45,333 nucleotides of DNA from Deltaproteobacteria bacterium (GTDB lineage Bacteria; Desulfobacterota; Syntrophia; Syntrophales; Smithellaceae), in assembly GCA_011046295.1 (NCBI GenBank), contig DSAV01000102.1, positions 1-45,333 of the forward strand. Reading direction: 5' to 3'. This document shows, one piece after another, positions 41,739 to 45,333 of this stretch; position 1 is the stretch's first letter, and each line of letters starts with the position of its first letter. The notes under the pieces are model-generated. The model saw only the letters and a program-made list of their open reading frames with translations, did no database searches and had not been told where the DNA came from. A program made the translations under genes and the position numbers.

Positions 41739-43445
41739 TTAACGCGGAAAATATAAAGATACTTTTGTCCCTTTTCCTCTGGCGCTTTCGACAGATATTT
41801 TTCCGCCATGAGCTTCCATTATTTTTTGGACTACTGCCAGCCCTAAACCGGTTCCCGCCGGCTTGGACGTAAAATAAGGATCGTAAATCCGTGGCAGGTC
41901 ATTCTCTCCTATCCCTTTTCCCGTATCTTTGACCACTACCTGAACACTTTCTTTTTCCTCAATAATATCTATATCGAGACTGCCGCCTTTTTTCATCGCC
42001 ATCAAAGCGTTTAAAAAAATGTTGAGCAGAACCTGCTTTACTTTGTCCGGATCAGCTTCAACAAACGGTTCATTTTTTCCCACATTAATATTTACAGTAA
42101 CATTATTATTGCTAACTTCAGGTTCAACTAATTTTACCGTATGCTCAACAAAAGAAGAAAGACGGGCGCTTTCTTTTTTTAGATCCATTGGCCGGGCAAA
42201 TTCAATGAGCTGTGTAATGACGCGGTTTAATCTTTCCACCTCGTCAATGATAATATCCGCCGTTTTTTTATCTTCGCTGTCGGATTGCAATCTCTCTTTC
42301 AAATAAACGGCAAAGCCCTTGATGGAACTGAGCGGATTTCTGATTTCATGCGCCACGCCGGCGGCCAGGGAACTGATGGATGTCAGGTGGCGGCTTCTGG
42401 CCACCTCTTTTTCCAACTCGCGGATTTGAGTCACGTCACGTATCAGCAACATTTTTCCGCTGGAGATATCATCATCGACAAGTACCGCGCCAAGAACTTC
42501 CCATTTTTTCTTTTCGCCGTCGAAAGCGGTTATTTCAATATCCTGCTCCACAAGGCCGCCCTTTGCGGGCAGCCCTGCAAGGAGATTCTGCAGGGGTTCG
42601 GGTAAATTTTCCGTATATTTTGCCTCTGACAAATCAGGGCAGGACACTTCCAGAATTTCCTGCGCTTTTTCATTGCAGCTGATTATTTTGCCACCGCCAT
42701 CGAACGCAACAAGCCCGACGGGCATATTTTTTATCAGCGTTTCCGAAAAAACCTTCATGCGCGAAAGAGTAGAGCTGGTTAAGCGATAAGCCTGAACCAA
42801 AAAAAGAGAAATAATGGCCAAAGAACCAACGAGCAAAAGAACAATTATTCTTATAATTGTATTGCGTGTATCAACGGCAGTCGCTTTTTCAATCTTACCC
42901 ATGTTAAAGCCCACATAAATCACGAATTCCCCTTGAACTTTTTCTGGCCCATTAGGATGTTCCTGATAATCAAGATACAGGGGGAACAAACCCCGGTACA
43001 CTTCAAAAGTGTCAGCGCCCTGTGGATTGGCTGTTTGACGCCACTTGGTTTCCCTACTTTGCGCGATTTGAGCCGTATCCAGATCCAAACCGTATTTCTG
43101 GGAAATCATGGACGGATCGCTATCCGCGATAATACTGCCTTCGTTATCAGTCACAATTATATAGTCAATGTCCGGCTGTTGAGCTATTGCTATAAGTAAT
43201 TTTTGCATGTTAAAGATGCGATTTTTTTCATCCGCCGCGTCACTCATTCCCGCTTCAAAAGAGCGAATTAAGGTCGCGCCTTTTTCCACAAAAATTTCCA
43301 CCGCTTTTTTTTCTTGCCGCTGGAACTGCGCCATCGCCATCATGGCGAAAATAACAGCTATAACCGCAACGGCGCTGATGGCCGCCCACAGAGAAATATC
43401 AAAACGGATTTTTCGTCTTCCTTTATTCATTATTGACGACACCAT
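41739..43445 (-). CDS. membrane sensor histidine kinase (ZraS/AtoS-like)
   Basis: Two TM helices flank a ~170-aa periplasmic domain. A PAS domain follows, then H-box AAGVAHEIRNPLSSI, N-box NIFLNALMAM, DTGKGI and GTGLGLAV. Confidence 0.85.
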   Translation of the reverse strand: MVSSIMNKGRRKIRFDISLWAAISAVAVIAVIFAMMAMAQFQRQEKKAVEIFVEKGATLIRSFEAGMSDAADEKNRIFNMQKLLIAIAQQPDIDYIIVTDNEGSIIADSDPSMISQKYGLDLDTAQIAQSRETKWRQTANPQGADTFEVYRGLFPLYLDYQEHPNGPEKVQGEFVIYVGFNMGKIEKATAVDTRNTIIRIIVLLLVGSLAIISLFLVQAYRLTSSTLSRMKVFSETLIKNMPVGLVAFDGGGKIISCNEKAQEILEVSCPDLSEAKYTENLPEPLQNLLAGLPAKGGLVEQDIEITAFDGEKKKWEVLGAVLVDDDISSGKMLLIRDVTQIRELEKEVARSRHLTSISSLAAGVAHEIRNPLSSIKGFAVYLKERLQSDSEDKKTADIIIDEVERLNRVITQLIEFARPMDLKKESARLSSFVEHTVKLVEPEVSNNNVTVNINVGKNEPFVEADPDKVKQVLLNIFLNALMAMKKGGSLDIDIIEEKESVQVVVKDTGKGIGENDLPRIYDPYFTSKPAGTGLGLAVVQKIMEAHGGKISVESARGKGTKVSLYFPR

Positions 43446-43588
43446 TTAATTCTCCGGATAAATATTACCCACACGGATATTTATGCTGGGTACATATTAT
43501 CCATATATCGGCTGCTAATGCAAATGATTTATTGTCTGCATCATAATTTCTTCCGTTATTACAGAAACTTAAAAAGTAACAACGCCGA

Positions 43589-43604
43589 TGGCACAACCCT
43601 TGCT
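43589..43604 (+). promoter_or_regulatory. sigma-54 (-24/-12) promoter for the Spy/ZraP-like gene
   Basis: TGGCACaacccTTGCTt is an exact match to TGGCAC-N5-TTGCW. It lies 48 nt upstream of the ATG at 43652 and is divergent from the kinase-activator operon. Confidence 0.7.
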
Positions 43605-43648
43605 TTATATCAGGCCAAATAAATGAAATTACCTCATAAAGGAGATTA

Positions 43649-44167
43649 GTGATGAAAAAATTAATGTTAACATTGGCAGCATCCGGGCTCGTCGTGCTTT
43701 TAGCGATGCCCTCTTTTGCTATTGGCCCGCGCGAGGGCAGGGGTCCGCAAGCGAAATACGGAAACACCGATTATTCCGACCGCGGATATCATCGTGATAA
43801 AGCGCTTACAAGATTGAATCTGACCGATGAGCAGAAAACCAAAATTGAAGCTCTCAGGTTAGCTCATGACAAAAATGTCCGTCCGATCAGAGAGGAAATG
43901 TTTGATAAATCCGTGGAACTGCGCAGGCTGTGGTTACAGCCCGACCCGGACAAAAACAAAATAAATGCCAAGCAAAAAGAAGTAAGGGCACTGCGCAACA
44001 AATTGGAAGATAAACGAACAGATTTTCGTCTGGAAGTTAATAAAGTGCTGACACCCGAGCAGAAAGAAACACTGGCCACCTATGGCTGGGGCAGAAAACC
44101 CGGGTACGGTCCGCGCGGCGGCAAAAGAGGACCCGGCAGCGGTTACGGTCCGGGAATATGCTACTAA
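43649..44167 (+). CDS. periplasmic Spy/CpxP/ZraP-family chaperone-like protein
   Basis: Signal peptide (LAMPSFA), LTDEQKTKIEAL and LTPEQKE LTxxQ repeats, and a Gly-rich tail. The likely start is the ATG at 43652, after GGAG. Confidence 0.65.
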   Translation: MMKKLMLTLAASGLVVLLAMPSFAIGPREGRGPQAKYGNTDYSDRGYHRDKALTRLNLTDEQKTKIEALRLAHDKNVRPIREEMFDKSVELRRLWLQPDPDKNKINAKQKEVRALRNKLEDKRTDFRLEVNKVLTPEQKETLATYGWGRKPGYGPRGGKRGPGSGYGPGICY

Positions 44168-44201
44168 AACCTTCTGACCAGTATTACCTCCTTTCCGAAA
44201 A

Positions 44202-44231
44202 ACGGGAGAGAATAAACTCTCCCGTTTTTTT
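44202..44231 (+). terminator. rho-independent terminator (potentially bidirectional)
   Basis: ACGGGAGAG-AATAAA-CTCTCCCGT is a perfect 9-bp stem followed by a T7 run. It is preceded by AAAAA, 34 nt after the Spy-like stop. Confidence 0.75.
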
Positions 44232-44264
44232 ACATTAAAGCAAAAATAGTTTATAATACTCGTC

Positions 44265-44939
44265 ATGGGGAAAAAATTTGCGGCGATAAATTACTGGAAA
44301 TATCCTTTGCGGACTTTAACCCGTCTCGCGGCAATTATATTTTATTCTCTGGCCGTTTTTTTTATTTTCACGGGCTGTCAGACAACGCCTGTCGCTCATG
44401 TGACAGAAACTCTTCCCGAAGACAAGTCCCAAAAAGCTGAAATTCTTGTCGCCTACGCCACCCGCGCCGGTTCGACCATCGAAGTCGCTCAGGCGATAGG
44501 GGAAAAACTGGCAGCGGTTGGAGCCGCTGTTGATGTAAAACCCGTAAAAAACATCGACAACCTGGACGGTTACCGGGCAGTTGTTCTGGGAAGCGCCATC
44601 CGCCGTGGCGCTGTATTGCCGGAGACGGCAAAGTTCGTCAAAAAACACAAAGAAGAACTGAACAAAATGCCGGTTGCTTATTTTATCGTTTGCATGATTA
44701 CCAGGGAAGACACGGAAAAAAACCGCGCGAGAGCCTTCTCCTACCTTGAACCTTTGGTTGCGCAGGTTCCCCCGCGTGATACAGGGATTTTCACCGGAAA
44801 ACTTGATTACTCCACATTGAACTTCATTGAATTATTAATCATAAAATATTTCATCGGCACGCCGGAGGGCGACCTGCGCGATTGGAAAATAATTAATGAT
44901 TGGGCGGAGCGCCTGAGTCGCAAATTACGTGTATTTTAA
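44265..44939 (+). CDS. flavodoxin-like domain protein with a lipoprotein signal
   Basis: Lipobox FTGC, then ILVAYATRAGSTIEVAQAIGEKL...VVLGSAIRRG, typical of Flavodoxin_5/HemG-like domains. Confidence 0.55.
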   Translation: MGKKFAAINYWKYPLRTLTRLAAIIFYSLAVFFIFTGCQTTPVAHVTETLPEDKSQKAEILVAYATRAGSTIEVAQAIGEKLAAVGAAVDVKPVKNIDNLDGYRAVVLGSAIRRGAVLPETAKFVKKHKEELNKMPVAYFIVCMITREDTEKNRARAFSYLEPLVAQVPPRDTGIFTGKLDYSTLNFIELLIIKYFIGTPEGDLRDWKIINDWAERLSRKLRVF

Positions 44940-45054
44940 AAGATGTTAGGATTATTTGAACAAACGATGCTGATAAATGTAATAAGCCTTACCAAAAATG
45001 CCCTCATTCATTGCTGATTGCTGCTTGGTAAAAAATAAAATACTATTTATTTGC

Positions 45055-45285
45055 TTATGCCAATCCGCATGTTAGGGAAATAATCATTGTTAGTCCTATA
45101 TTAAATGATACCAACAGCCAAACAAGGATTACTTTAATCCAATTATTTGTTTTATCTTTAAAGTCCTCTTCCGGTGGCGCAAAAATAATGTTCATAAAAA
45201 TAATGAACCCAATCCATGCCAGCCCTAGTGAAAAAAATAAAGATAGAAGCGATGGTTCTGCACCCCATTTAGGAAACCGTTTCAT
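45055..45285 (-). CDS. small hydrophobic protein, function unknown
   Basis: 76-aa ORF with three predicted TM stretches. No family recognised. AT-rich. Confidence 0.3.
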   Translation of the reverse strand: MKRFPKWGAEPSLLSLFFSLGLAWIGFIIFMNIIFAPPEEDFKDKTNNWIKVILVWLLVSFNIGLTMIISLTCGLA

Positions 45286-45333
45286 AGTCAGTGCACAGTG
45301 AGATGACCGACCTGTTCTTTAGTAAACGTAAGC

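Overview
This window is a chromosomal segment from a sigma-54-rich bacterium. The gene content (DUF4416, AmmeMemoRadiSam proteins, long class II aldolase, several NtrC-type activators) suggests a Desulfobacterota/deltaproteobacteria-like anaerobe, but that is a low-confidence guess. Most of it is ordinary housekeeping: pilC, rlmB, pyrF, rpoZ, gmk, yicC, heptose kinase, OYE reductase, plsC, uppP, ftsK, rimO, polyprenyl synthase, nnr, aldolase, FBPase, a LeuB-type dehydrogenase and one tRNA-Pro(CGG). I saw no rRNA, CRISPR array, transposase, integrase or reverse transcriptase.

Four parts stand out:
1. 1.6-8.4 kb. A PilS/PilR-like kinase and sigma-54 activator pair is followed by a perfect palindrome and a TGGCAT-N5-TTGCT promoter. 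This appears to drive a three-gene unit: a receiver domain with a tandem-repeat charged tail, a Roadblock/LC7-like protein, and a GAF-fused PilB/GspE ATPase. This is my best candidate for an undescribed system.
2. 8.5-12.9 kb. A full-length cysteine synthase is fused to a full-length but motif-atypical cysteinyl-tRNA synthetase. It sits in an apparent operon with DUF1178 and AmmeMemoRadiSam proteins B and A, with no radical SAM partner in view.
3. 27.5-32 kb. An accessory patch holds a 68-nt perfectly paired cloverleaf-like element, a DinJ/YafQ cassette bracketed by two diverged copies of the polyprenyl synthase 3' end, an AT-rich DUF4424 plus lipoprotein pair, and a minimal nucleotidyltransferase with an overlapping small partner.
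4. 40.3-44.2 kb. A ZraSR/ZraP-like envelope-stress unit has a textbook sigma-54 promoter.

Two conserved genes (DUF218 and a peroxiredoxin) each carry a single in-frame stop codon. All family assignments come from motif recognition by eye; no searches were run.
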